From Eubacteriales bacterium (GTDB lineage Bacteria > Bacillota > Clostridia > Christensenellales > UBA1750): a stretch of 64,000 nt of DNA. The translations under genes and the position numbers were made by a program. Below are positions 49,048 to 58,904 of the stretch, in pieces. The DNA is taken from positions 20,250-84,249 of the forward strand of contig JAVBRD010000022.1 of assembly GCA_031548365.1 (NCBI GenBank), read 5' to 3'. The notes under the pieces are model-generated. The model saw only the letters and a list, made by a program, of their open reading frames with translations. It was not told the DNA's origin and searched no databases. Numbering within the stretch: the first letter of the stretch is position 1; each line of letters opens with the position of its first letter.

Positions 49048-49821
49048 GTGGCTGTGATTATCGCAGCGCGGACACACAAAGGGCTTTTGCGGGATAACAA
49101 CGAAGACGGCTTCTACGCGCCGGAAGGCGTGCCGGAGGGCCTGCTTCTTGTCGCCGACGGCATGGGTGGGCACAACGCGGGCGAAGTCGCGAGCGCGGTG
49201 GCTGTTCGTGAGGTCGTCGCGGAGATACAGCGTTTGCTCGCCGTCAGCGAAGGCGCTGCCGCGCTGGACGCCGCGCCGAAACCGCCGGAGCAGATGATCA
49301 AGTCGGCGGTGCGCAAAGCCAATCAGGCAGTACTCCGCGCGTCGGCGGATAATCCTGCCTATGAGGGCATGGGCACCACGCTGACGATGGCGGTGCGCGA
49401 GCTGCACGGTCATTTTGTAATCGGACATGTGGGGGACAGCCGCGCGTACCACTTCGGGCGCTTTGGCGTTCGGAGGCTGACGCGCGACCACAACCTTGCC
49501 GAAGAGCTTGTGCGTATGGGCGAGATCACATTGGCGGAAGCCGCTGTTCATCCCCAGCGCCACTACATTACGCGAGGTCTGGGTATCGCGTCTGCTTTGC
49601 GCGTGGACATCACACGCGTGGAGCTGAGGAGCGGCGAAGGCCTGCTGCTTTGCACCGACGGATTGACCATCCACGTCTCCGATGATGAAATCGCCGCGGC
49701 ACTGTCGCTGAAAAACTCTCCCGCACAGGCCGCGGATTTCCTACTCAAGACCTGCCTTGAACGCGGCGCGCGGGACAATGTCACCATGATCGTAGCAAGG
49801 TGCGAGGAGGCCGACGTATGA
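49048..49821 (+). CDS. prpC: PP2C Ser/Thr phosphatase (Stp1/PrpC)
   Basis: NED, ADGMGGH, GDSR, CTDG, DNVT. Confidence 0.92.
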   Translation: MAVIIAARTHKGLLRDNNEDGFYAPEGVPEGLLLVADGMGGHNAGEVASAVAVREVVAEIQRLLAVSEGAAALDAAPKPPEQMIKSAVRKANQAVLRASADNPAYEGMGTTLTMAVRELHGHFVIGHVGDSRAYHFGRFGVRRLTRDHNLAEELVRMGEITLAEAAVHPQRHYITRGLGIASALRVDITRVELRSGEGLLLCTDGLTIHVSDDEIAAALSLKNSPAQAADFLLKTCLERGARDNVTMIVARCEEADV

Positions 49822-51692
49822 TCGGTCGCCTTGTCATGGGGCGATACCGCGTCGAAGAGCTGGTCGGCACGGGCGGTATGTCGCTTGTTTACCGCGCAAA
49901 GGACATCAAGACCGGACGATATGTCGCGGTCAAGTTTCTGCGCGATGAATTCAGCAAGGACGAGGAATTTCTGCGCAGGTTCGCGCGTGAAGCCAAGGCT
50001 GTTGAATCCATGGCGCATCCAAATATCGTCGCACTGATTGACGCGGGCGAGGAGGACGGAAAACACTGCCTGATCATGGAGTATGTCGACGGCATCACGC
50101 TTAAGGAACTCATCACCGAGAAGGGCCGGGTTCCTGAGCATGAGGCGGTCGCCATTGCGACATGTGTGTGCCGCGCGCTCTCCCACGCGCACGCAAGGCA
50201 GATAGTTCACCGTGACATCAAACCCCAGAACATTTTGATCAACAGTGAAGGGGTCGTCAAGGTAGCGGACTTCGGAATTGCGCGCGCGCTCAATGCCGAA
50301 ACAATGACATCCACTGACGCCGGCGTGATGGGCTCAGTTCACTATTTTTCACCCGAGCAGGCGCGCGGCGGGCTAACCGATGAAAAGAGCGATCTGTACT
50401 CACTGGGCGTTGTGTTGTACGACATGGTCGTGGGTCACGTGCCCTTTGATGGAGAGACCCCCGTGACCATCGCGCTTGCGCATATACAAGAAGCACCGCG
50501 CAGGCCGCGCAGATTTTATGCTGACATATCACCGGCGCTCGAGGACATCATCCTCAAGGCGATGGAGAAGGACAAGACGTGGCGTTACGACAGCGCCAAA
50601 GCGATGGAAGCCGACCTGATGCGCGCCGTCAAACAGCCTGAGGGCGGCTTTGTGCAAAAACGTCCGCCACTTATGGAGGGCGGCACAACTCGCGTGGGTA
50701 TGATGGCCATCCAGCGTGAGGAGCCGCAGACAAATCGCATCGTCGTCACAACGGACAAAGTGGTTCGCGTGGCGACGCTCACACTCATCAGCGTGGCCAT
50801 CGCCTTTCTCGCTTTTATGGTGACCTCGCAAGTCAGGTCGATCATCTACGATGAGGTCGTCCCGGCAGTGGTGGGCATGCCGTCAAGCGAAGGCGTCCGC
50901 CACCTTCAGGTCCTCGGCTTTGAACCTGTTTTAGAAGAGGACTATGATGACAATGTGGACGAGGGGCTGATCATCAAACAGGTGCCGGAGTCCGACACTA
51001 AAGTCAGGCGCAACACCAAAGTGGTGGTTGTCAAGTCACTTGGCAGGCAGAACGCGAGCGCGCCCAACCTGCTTGACCGCCCGCGGGCCGAAGCGGAGAG
51101 AGAAATCGTTTCAAAAGGTTTCCTGGTCGGCGAAGTCAAGGAGCAAACGAACAGCCCCAAAGCAAAAGGCACGGTCGTCGCTCAGGAGCCAGGTGCGGGG
51201 GACACGCTCAAGCGCGGCTCCAAGATTGACATCACCGTGAGCAATCCGCCCGAAGTCGCCATCGCGCCCCAACTCGTGGGCCGTTCCCTCGATGAAGCGC
51301 AGCTTCTGTTGTCCAAACAAAGCATCAAACCCGACGTATTTTACGGCGTTGCGTCCGATCATCCCGACAAAACGGTTTTCGCACAGCAACCGGAAGCCGG
51401 GGAGCTCATTGACAAAGACAAGACACCCAGCGTGTCGGTTACGCGCGTGGGCTACCGCAAGATATATGTGGCGCAGCTTCAGCTCGAAAAAGACAATGCG
51501 CACGTGGTGATCACGCTCAGAGACGGTCAAGTGGACACTGTCATTCACGATTATAGCTACCCTGCGGGAAAGCGCGATATAGAGCTCAACCTCGAAACAC
51601 AGACATCGGGCGAAAAACTCCTGACTGTCAAGGTCAACGACAAAGAGACCATCAAGGAGAGCATTTTGTTCCAGGAAGTGAAAAGCAATTGA
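49818..51692 (+). CDS. prkC: PASTA-domain Ser/Thr kinase (PrkC/PknB)
   Basis: GTGGM, HRDIKPQN, DFG, SPEQARG, TM helix, three PASTA repeats. Confidence 0.93.
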   Translation: MIGRLVMGRYRVEELVGTGGMSLVYRAKDIKTGRYVAVKFLRDEFSKDEEFLRRFAREAKAVESMAHPNIVALIDAGEEDGKHCLIMEYVDGITLKELITEKGRVPEHEAVAIATCVCRALSHAHARQIVHRDIKPQNILINSEGVVKVADFGIARALNAETMTSTDAGVMGSVHYFSPEQARGGLTDEKSDLYSLGVVLYDMVVGHVPFDGETPVTIALAHIQEAPRRPRRFYADISPALEDIILKAMEKDKTWRYDSAKAMEADLMRAVKQPEGGFVQKRPPLMEGGTTRVGMMAIQREEPQTNRIVVTTDKVVRVATLTLISVAIAFLAFMVTSQVRSIIYDEVVPAVVGMPSSEGVRHLQVLGFEPVLEEDYDDNVDEGLIIKQVPESDTKVRRNTKVVVVKSLGRQNASAPNLLDRPRAEAEREIVSKGFLVGEVKEQTNSPKAKGTVVAQEPGAGDTLKRGSKIDITVSNPPEVAIAPQLVGRSLDEAQLLLSKQSIKPDVFYGVASDHPDKTVFAQQPEAGELIDKDKTPSVSVTRVGYRKIYVAQLQLEKDNAHVVITLRDGQVDTVIHDYSYPAGKRDIELNLETQTSGEKLLTVKVNDKETIKESILFQEVKSN

Positions 51693-52564
51693 TGGACCTG
51701 CCGATCGGCCGTATACTCAAAGGCGTCGGAGGTCTCTATCTGGTGCGTGACGAAAACGGCGCGGAGTGGCCGTGCAAGGCGCGCGGCAAATTTAGAAAGC
51801 TCAAGCTCACGCCTCTCGCAGGTGATTTCGTGCGCTTCATACCGCCTACGGAAGGCTCGGATGGTTACCTGACGGAAATCCTTGAGCGCAGGAATGAATG
51901 TGCGCGCCCACCCGTCGCGAACATCGACCGCCTTGTGATCGTGGTAGCCGCTACCCAGCCGGAACCCGACTGGCAGTTGGTGGACAAGTTGCTTGTGGAT
52001 GCGCACGCGCAGGGCATTGATTCCGTGATTGCCGTCAACAAGGCCGATCTTCGGCACGAGACGATCGCGCAGGCCCGCGAGGATTATGCGGCCTACCCTT
52101 GTTATGAGGTCAGCGCGGCAACCGGCGAAGGGATCGACGCGCTTCGGGAAGCGCTTATCAGCGGCGTCGCGTGCGTCGCGGGGCAGTCGGGTGTTGGCAA
52201 AAGCTCTATACTTGGGCGGTTGCTGGGAATTGATTTGGCCGTGGGTGAAGTTTCGCGGACTGACCGCGGCAGGCACACAACGCGTCATGTTGAACTGCAC
52301 GTCGCGGGGGACGCGCTCATCGCGGACACGCCGGGCTTCTCGCTCATCGACAACAGTTTACGTGACCCCGTCAACCTGCAGGAGTCGTGGCCTGAGTTTA
52401 CCCCGTTCTCAAGTGAATGTCGTTTCAATGGCTGCCAGCACATCGGCGAACCGGATTGCGCGGTGGAGCGTGCGGCAAACGCGAATCTGATATCACGCCG
52501 CAGACTGGACCGCTACCGCGTGCTGCACGCCGACATGCGAGAGCGGTGGTCAGGGCGCTGGTGA
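51692..52564 (+). CDS. rsgA: Ribosome small subunit-dependent GTPase
   Basis: NKAD, GQSGVGKS, GRHTT, DTPG, C..C.H..EP.C. Confidence 0.95.
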   Translation: MDLPIGRILKGVGGLYLVRDENGAEWPCKARGKFRKLKLTPLAGDFVRFIPPTEGSDGYLTEILERRNECARPPVANIDRLVIVVAATQPEPDWQLVDKLLVDAHAQGIDSVIAVNKADLRHETIAQAREDYAAYPCYEVSAATGEGIDALREALISGVACVAGQSGVGKSSILGRLLGIDLAVGEVSRTDRGRHTTRHVELHVAGDALIADTPGFSLIDNSLRDPVNLQESWPEFTPFSSECRFNGCQHIGEPDCAVERAANANLISRRRLDRYRVLHADMRERWSGRW

Positions 52565-52590
52565 GAGCACGACTGAAAAAAGGAGCTGCC

Positions 52591-53247
52591 ATGAACGAGA
52601 TCAGGATTGCCGCATCTATTTTAGCCTGTGACGCGTCTGAAATCGGCGAAGAAATGCGGCGCGCGCACGCGTGGGGCGCAGACGTGGTTCACGTCGATGT
52701 GATGGACGGCCATTTTGTGCCCAACCTCAGCTACGGCCCGGCGGTGGTCGCGTCTTTGCGTAAAAATACGGACATGGTCATCGACGTGCACTTGATGGTC
52801 GAAAGGCCGGCAGCGCTCATCGCGCCGTTTGTGGACGCGGGTGCGGACATCATCTCCGTGCATCCCGAAGCGGACGCGCACCCGCACCGCCTTTTACAGG
52901 AGATCCGAAAGCGCGGCAAGCTGGCGGGCGCTGTCCTCAACCCCGGAACGCACGAGAGCGCGCTTACATACCTGATGGATGAAGTTGATCTCATCCTGCT
53001 CATGACCGTCAACCCGGGCTTTGGGGGCCAGGCATTCATCCCGGCAGTGCTGCCCAAAATAGCCGCAGTGCGCGCGATGATCAACAGCACCGGGCGCGAC
53101 ATCGCGCTGGAGGTTGACGGCGGCATTGGCGACGCGACCGCTTCGCTCGTGACCGCCGCTGGAGCGAACTTGCTCGTGACGGGCTCCGCCCTGTTTGGTG
53201 CAGCCGATCCCGCGGCATCGGTGAAACGCTGGAAGTCGCGATTATAG
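52591..53247 (+). CDS. rpe: Ribulose-phosphate 3-epimerase
   Basis: HVDVMDGHFVPN, DVHLM, VNPGFGGQ, EVDGG. Confidence 0.96.
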   Translation: MNEIRIAASILACDASEIGEEMRRAHAWGADVVHVDVMDGHFVPNLSYGPAVVASLRKNTDMVIDVHLMVERPAALIAPFVDAGADIISVHPEADAHPHRLLQEIRKRGKLAGAVLNPGTHESALTYLMDEVDLILLMTVNPGFGGQAFIPAVLPKIAAVRAMINSTGRDIALEVDGGIGDATASLVTAAGANLLVTGSALFGAADPAASVKRWKSRL

Positions 53248-53264
53248 GCAGTGATCATAACGGA

Positions 53265-53296
53265 AAAGGCTTTGCTCGACTTGGAGCAAAGCCTTT
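53265..53296. terminator. Bidirectional terminator between rpe and gap
   Basis: AAGGCTTTGCTC/GAGCAAAGCCTT stem. Confidence 0.7.
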
Positions 53297-53367
53297 GAAT
53301 TATGGATTTAGTTGATGCAAAGCATGTCCGAGCCCGGGAATGGTTGGAACAAAGCCTCAAGGCTCGA

Positions 53368-54369
53368 CTAGAGAGTCGCTATGTGCTTGATCGTGCGCAC
53401 CATCTGGCTGACGTAGGAATTTTCGTTGTCATACCACGCACTCACTTTAACAAAGGAATCGCCGCCAACCGCGGTGACCTTGGTCTGCGTCGCGTCGAAC
53501 AGCGAGCCATACGTCATGCCGATCACGTCGGAGGAAACGATTTCGTCCTCGGTGTAGCCATAGGCTTCGCTGACTGACGCCTTCATGTGCTGATTGATCT
53601 GCTCCTTTGTCACGATCCCGGCCACAAGAGCCACCAGTTCCGTCAATGAGCCGGAAACCACCGGCACGCGCTGAGATGTGCCGTCGAGCTTACCCGCGAG
53701 CTCGGGCAGAACTTGGCCGATGGCTTGCGCAGCGCCAGTGGATGTGGGGATGATGTTGGCGGCAGCCGAGCGAGCCCTGCGCATGTCGCCTTTAGCATGG
53801 GGGCCGTCAAGCAGCATCTGGTCGTTTGTATAGGCGTGAATGGTCGTCATGAAGCCTTTTTGGATGGGGCGGAGCTTGTTGAGCGCGTTGGCCATGGGCG
53901 CGAGACAGTTCGTGGTGCATGACGCGGCGGAGATGATGCTGTCCTCGGGTGTTAGCGTTCCTTCGTTGACGCCGAACACGATGGTCTTCATGTCATCGCC
54001 CGCAGGTGCGGAAATGACCACCTTGCGCGCTCCGGCTTTTATATGAGCCTCCGCCTTGGCCCTGGACGTGAACAGCCCCGTGCACTCAAGCACGATGTCC
54101 ACGCCAAGCGCTTTCCACGGGAGATTCTTAGGATCTTTTTCTGTGAATACCGGGATTTCATTTTCATCGACGATGATGGTTTTGTCGGTGTACGCAAGTG
54201 TCCGATGGTACCGCCCCTGCGACGTGTCGTACTGGAGCAGGTGCTTGAGCATCTTGGTGCTCGTCAGGTCATTCAAGGCGACAATCTCATACCCCTGTGT
54301 CCCGAACAGTTGCCGGAAGGCCATCCTTCCAATGCGTCCGAACCCGTTGATCGCGACTCTGGTTGCCAT
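53368..54369 (-). CDS. gap: Type I glyceraldehyde-3-phosphate dehydrogenase
   Basis: [20 protein letters not shown]; own promoter TTGACA-16 bp-TATAAT at 54441-54414. Confidence 0.96.
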   Translation of the reverse strand: MATRVAINGFGRIGRMAFRQLFGTQGYEIVALNDLTSTKMLKHLLQYDTSQGRYHRTLAYTDKTIIVDENEIPVFTEKDPKNLPWKALGVDIVLECTGLFTSRAKAEAHIKAGARKVVISAPAGDDMKTIVFGVNEGTLTPEDSIISAASCTTNCLAPMANALNKLRPIQKGFMTTIHAYTNDQMLLDGPHAKGDMRRARSAAANIIPTSTGAAQAIGQVLPELAGKLDGTSQRVPVVSGSLTELVALVAGIVTKEQINQHMKASVSEAYGYTEDEIVSSDVIGMTYGSLFDATQTKVTAVGGDSFVKVSAWYDNENSYVSQMVRTIKHIATL

Positions 54370-54508
54370 GGGTCATTCCTCCAAAAATTTACTCGGAGTT
54401 GTGCTCCAAGAGGATTATATATCCGATTTTTGGCGTGTCAAGTTATGAAAAAGCCCTGTCACCAAGGGGACAGGGGCAGATTTTAGTTTTTGTTCACCCA
54501 GTCACTTA

Positions 54509-56068
54509 CTATGGCTGCAGCCGATACTCCATAGCGTCGACGAGCGCTTCCAAGCTTGCCTCGATGATGTCGGTCGATACGCCGACGGTGCTCCAGTTTT
54601 TTTCGCCGTCGGTGGACTCGATGAGCACGCGCACCTGAGCAGCCGTCGCTCGCATGGAATCGATCACCCTGACCTTGAAGTCAACCAGCTTGATGTCGTT
54701 TATGGCGGGGTAGAATGCCCCAAGGCAGCGGCGGAGCGCGTTGTCGAGTGCGTTGACGGGGCCTTCTCCCTCCGCGGCGGTGATTTCCGATTTTTCACCA
54801 ACGCGGATTTTGATGATGGCCGACGCGCTGCATTCACCCTGACGCGGCTCGCCTATGATCTTGAAGTACTCGATGGCAAAGTGCGGCGTAAAGCAACCCA
54901 GCTGTTTGCGCACAAGCAGTTCAAACGAGCTCTCCGCGCCCTCAAACTGATAGCCGCCGTACTCGAGTTCCTTGAGTTTGGCGACCATGGCTTGCGTCTC
55001 GGGCGAATCCTTATCCAAATGGGGCTTGAACTTGCGAATGGTCGAGAGCATGGCCCCGCGCCCCGCGACTTCGCTCATCAGCAGATGCCGTTCGTTGCCA
55101 ACAGCGGCCGGATCGACGTGCTCGAAGGTTTGTGTGTTTTTGCGCACGCCGTCCACGTGCATGCCGCCTTTGTGTGTGAATGCGCTCCTGCCTACGTATG
55201 GAAGATAGGGGGAGAGCACGAGGTTGGCGATTTCGGCCACACTTCGTGCTGTGCGTGTAAGGAGAATGAGTTTATCTGCGGAAATGAGCTCATATCCGAG
55301 CTTGATTTGCAGCGTACCAATGATGGTGGCCAGGTTTGCGTTGCCACAGCGCTCTCCGATGCCAATGATCGTCCCCTGCACCTGGCGTGCGCCCGCCTCG
55401 ACCGCGGCGATGGAGCCCGCGACGGCAACCCCCGCGTCGTTGTGGCAATGAATGCCGATCACGGCGGGGTAGTCGCGTTTCATCACTTCCGATGTGATCC
55501 GCGCGATTTCAGCGGGCAACGTGCCGCCATTTGTGTCGCAGAGCGCGAGCGTCGTCGCCCCTCCCGCGATGGCGGCGTCCAGCGTCTTGAGCGCGTAAGC
55601 TGGATTCAGCCTGTAACCGTCGAAAAAGTGCTCGGCGTCAAACACGACCTCGCGCCCCTCGCTCGTGAGCAAAGAGAGCGTGTCGGAGATCATTTCGAGG
55701 TTTTCATCAAGTGATGTCCGCAGAACATCGGAGACGTGGAACGCCGAACTTTTCCCAAAGACGGCAATGGTGCAGGTCTCAGCGCGAAGCAGGGATGTGA
55801 CCTGCGTGTCCGCGCGGGCAGCCGCGCCCGAACGGCGCGTACTCCCGAACGCCGTGATTTTCGCGCGAAGTCCAAGCGTGCGCACCTGCGCGAAAAAGGC
55901 CATGTCCTTGGGATTGGAGCCGGGGTTGCCCGCCTCGATGTAACCAACGCCAAGATCGTCTAGCGCGCGCGCGACAGCCAACTTGTCGCGAACAGAAAAC
56001 GTAACGGCCTCCGACTGCGCGCCGTCACGAAGGGTTGTGTCAAATACGCTGATCTTCAAGATGCTCAC
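54509..56068 (-). CDS. cimA: Citramalate synthase
   Basis: [37 protein letters not shown]. Confidence 0.9.
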   Translation of the reverse strand: MSILKISVFDTTLRDGAQSEAVTFSVRDKLAVARALDDLGVGYIEAGNPGSNPKDMAFFAQVRTLGLRAKITAFGSTRRSGAAARADTQVTSLLRAETCTIAVFGKSSAFHVSDVLRTSLDENLEMISDTLSLLTSEGREVVFDAEHFFDGYRLNPAYALKTLDAAIAGGATTLALCDTNGGTLPAEIARITSEVMKRDYPAVIGIHCHNDAGVAVAGSIAAVEAGARQVQGTIIGIGERCGNANLATIIGTLQIKLGYELISADKLILLTRTARSVAEIANLVLSPYLPYVGRSAFTHKGGMHVDGVRKNTQTFEHVDPAAVGNERHLLMSEVAGRGAMLSTIRKFKPHLDKDSPETQAMVAKLKELEYGGYQFEGAESSFELLVRKQLGCFTPHFAIEYFKIIGEPRQGECSASAIIKIRVGEKSEITAAEGEGPVNALDNALRRCLGAFYPAINDIKLVDFKVRVIDSMRATAAQVRVLIESTDGEKNWSTVGVSTDIIEASLEALVDAMEYRLQP

Positions 56069-57581
56069 CCTTGCCTTCCGTGACGAATAGCATTCGGTTG
56101 ATTGCGGAGAGGTACGCGTGGAGTGTCGCCTCCACTACGTCGGTGGATAGTCCTTTGCCCGAATACACGCGGTCGCCTTTGCGGATGCGCACAAGACATT
56201 CACCCAGCGCGTCCGGGCCGTCCGTCACGGCGCTTAAAGCGAAATGCTCAAGCGTGAAGCCGTTGCCGACGATCTTGTCCACGGCGCGGAAAGAGGCCTC
56301 AACCGGTCCGTTCCCGATCGCGACGCGCTCATACAGCTGCTCGTCTTTTTTCAAGCGAACGCTCGCTGTGGACGTGATCGTGTTGCCTGAGTTGACGACG
56401 AAGCGGTCAAGGGTGTATGTTTGCGGAACCTGTCCAACGCGATCGGTGACGAGAGCCTCCAACTCGCTGTCGGTCACCCCTTTGCGCTTGTCGCACAGCG
56501 CTTTGAACTGCGCGAACACGGCGGAGAGCTGATCGCCGCTGAGCGTGAGGCCCATTTCGGTCAAACGTTCCTCGAACGCGTGCCGTCCCGAGTGCTTTCC
56601 AAGAATCATGCGGTTGGAAGGGAGTCCGATCGATTGCGGTGTCATAATTTCATACGTCTCGCGGTTCATCATTACACCGTGCTGGTGGATGCCGGCTTCG
56701 TGCGAAAATGCGTTTGTGCCCACGATGGGCTTGTTGGGCGCGATCGCCATGCCGGTGATGGTTGACAAGAGCTTACTGGAACGGTAAATCTGTGCGGTGG
56801 CGACCGAGCACTCAGCGCTTAAGAGGTCTCGCCGTGTATTGAGCGCCATCACGATTTCCTCAAGAGCCGCGTTGCCCGCGCGCTCACCGATGCCGTTGAG
56901 CGTGCACTCAACCTGCGTCGCGCCCGCGCGAACGCCGGAGATGGAGTTGGCTACGGCCATTCCGAGGTCGTTGTGGCAGTGAACCGACAAGATGGCGTTG
57001 CCGATGCCTTCTGTGTGTTTTCTGACATAGGCGACCAGCTCCTCGAACTCACCCGGTGTCGCGTAGCCCACCGTGTCTGTGACGTTGATGATGGCCGCGC
57101 CGCTCCTGATGGCTGCCGCGTAGACCCTCACAAGGAAGTCACGATCGCTCCTCGACGCGTCCTCGGCGGAAAACTCGACGCATTCGCACAGGCTTTTTGC
57201 GTATGCGACACACTCCGTGACGCGTGTGAGCACCTGCTCGGGCGTCATGCGCAGCTTGTCCCGCATGTGGATTGCGCTTGTTGCGATGAACAGGTGTATC
57301 ATGGGGGAGAAGGCGTTTTTGACCGACTCGTAGGATGTGTCGATGTCGGAGAGGACACAGCGCGCAAGCGAAGCGACAGAGCATCGCGCCACCGTCGCAG
57401 CCACAGCCTTGACTGCGTCAAAGTCCCCCGGTGAGGACGCGGAAAAACCGGCTTCGATCACGTCTACACCCAAGGCCTCAAGTTGTTTGGCCACCTCTAT
57501 TTTTTCCGATATCGTCATGCTGCAACCTGGGGATTGCTCCCCGTCGCGCAGGGTGGTATCGAATATCCTGATCACTGCCAT
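56040..57581 (-). CDS. leuA: 2-isopropylmalate synthase
   Basis: [31 protein letters not shown], regulatory domain. Confidence 0.93.
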   Translation of the reverse strand: MAVIRIFDTTLRDGEQSPGCSMTISEKIEVAKQLEALGVDVIEAGFSASSPGDFDAVKAVAATVARCSVASLARCVLSDIDTSYESVKNAFSPMIHLFIATSAIHMRDKLRMTPEQVLTRVTECVAYAKSLCECVEFSAEDASRSDRDFLVRVYAAAIRSGAAIINVTDTVGYATPGEFEELVAYVRKHTEGIGNAILSVHCHNDLGMAVANSISGVRAGATQVECTLNGIGERAGNAALEEIVMALNTRRDLLSAECSVATAQIYRSSKLLSTITGMAIAPNKPIVGTNAFSHEAGIHQHGVMMNRETYEIMTPQSIGLPSNRMILGKHSGRHAFEERLTEMGLTLSGDQLSAVFAQFKALCDKRKGVTDSELEALVTDRVGQVPQTYTLDRFVVNSGNTITSTASVRLKKDEQLYERVAIGNGPVEASFRAVDKIVGNGFTLEHFALSAVTDGPDALGECLVRIRKGDRVYSGKGLSTDVVEATLHAYLSAINRMLFVTEGKGEHLEDQRI

Positions 57582-57694
57582 GGTTTTGCCCCTTTTGCGT
57601 GCGTATTAACTTCAACACTTTCGCCGGTCAGGACAAAAATCCTGCAAAAACTAAGCCCCGCCCGGAAAACCGGACGAGGCGGGCGCAGTGTTCT

Positions 57695-57976
57695 TTATTC
57701 CTGTGAGAATGGCAAAAGCGCGATGTGGCGCGCCTCTTTGATCCTCGAAGACAGCTGGCGCTGATGCTTTGCGCAGTTGCCGGTCATGCGGCGGGGCAAA
57801 ATTTTGCCGCGCTCGGAAAGGAAGCGGCGCAAGCGCACAACATCCTTGTAATCAATGTGCTCGACTTTGTCAACGCACCACTGACACGCTTTCCTCTTGG
57901 GGCGGCGGCCGCGTGGGCGCTTGCCGCGGTCATCACCATCGCTGGGGCCGCGGTTTGAACGCCGATCTTCAGACAT
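57695..57976 (-). CDS. rpsR: 30S ribosomal protein S18 (zinc-binding C+ form)
   Basis: CQWC, IDYKD, GKILPRR, CAKHQR. Confidence 0.96.
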   Translation of the reverse strand: MSEDRRSNRGPSDGDDRGKRPRGRRPKRKACQWCVDKVEHIDYKDVVRLRRFLSERGKILPRRMTGNCAKHQRQLSSRIKEARHIALLPFSQE

Positions 57977-58018
57977 TTCGTAAACCCTCCCTTGGGCTAG
58001 TCAATCATTAGAAGGAAA

Positions 58019-58447
58019 CTAGAATGGCAATTCGTCGTCATCAGCCGATTCAAAGCCGCCGCCGTCAGAAATCTGAGGGGACGCGCCCGAGGGCGATGTT
58101 CCACCGAAGCTGCCGCCTCCGCCGCCGTCATTGGAGCGGGAAAGGAATTGCACCTCGTCGGACTGAATCTCGATGACAAAACGCTTTGAGCCGTCCTGCG
58201 CTTCATAATTGCGGGTGTGCAGTTCGCCTGACACCGCAACTGATGAACCCTTTTTAAGGAACTTCGCGCAGTTTTCCGCCTGTTGCCGCCAAGCGACCAC
58301 GGGGAAGAAGTCCGCCTCGCGAACACCCTGCTGGTTGACAAAACGGCGGTTGACGGCCACTGAAAAATTGCAGACAGAAACGCCGCTCGGCAGGGTCCTG
58401 AGCTCAGGATCCCTCGTCAGGTTGCCAATCACCACAATACGGTTCAT
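58019..58447 (-). CDS. ssb: Single-stranded DNA-binding protein
   Basis: GNLTRDPELR, C-terminal DDELPF. Confidence 0.97.
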   Translation of the reverse strand: MNRIVVIGNLTRDPELRTLPSGVSVCNFSVAVNRRFVNQQGVREADFFPVVAWRQQAENCAKFLKKGSSVAVSGELHTRNYEAQDGSKRFVIEIQSDEVQFLSRSNDGGGGGSFGGTSPSGASPQISDGGGFESADDDELPF

Positions 58448-58484
58448 TATGCGGACACCTGCACTTTCAACGTCCCTGCAACTG

Positions 58485-58775
58485 CTACTCTGCCGGTTTG
58501 CGGGTCACCAGATAACGAATCACACTGTCGCTGATCTGCAGGTTGCGCTCGATCTCCCGGGGGAGTTCGGGGCCGCCCGTGAAATGCATCAGCACATAGT
58601 AACCTTCGTTCATGTCGTTGATCGGGTACGCCAAACGGCGCTTGCCCATGTCATCGACTTTGTCCACCGTGCCGTTATTCTTTGTCACAACGTCCGAAAA
58701 CCTGGCGATTAACTCGGCCCTCGGCTCGTCTTCCACGGCAACGTTGATGATGTACATGACTTCATACTTGTTCAT
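58485..58775 (-). CDS. rpsF: 30S ribosomal protein S6
   Basis: YEVMYI, G.RRLAYPI, EGYY. Confidence 0.96.
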   Translation of the reverse strand: MNKYEVMYIINVAVEDEPRAELIARFSDVVTKNNGTVDKVDDMGKRRLAYPINDMNEGYYVLMHFTGGPELPREIERNLQISDSVIRYLVTRKPAE

Positions 58776-58779
58776 CTTC

Positions 58780-58878
58780 GCTTCACCTCCTTTTGGACTT
58801 TGGCCCCGCGTAAGCGAATCGCGGAGCAAGGAACAATTACGCAATTTTCATCATATCACAGACAAATGGGCTTGGCAA
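58780..58878 (-). promoter_or_regulatory. rpsF promoter and S6:S18 autoregulatory leader
   Basis: TTGCCA-17 bp-TATGAT; leader TCCTTGCTCC-hairpin-GGCC..GTCC..AGGAGGTG resembles the Firmicute rpsF leader. Confidence 0.65.
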
Positions 58879-58904
58879 GATAAAAATCTCTTCACGGGTG
58901 CAAT

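Noticed and set aside
53281-53358. Short direct repeat TTGGA(G/A)CAAAGCCT near the rpe/gap terminator
   Set aside because: It is only about 14 bp with no element-like ends between the copies; too weak to call an insertion.
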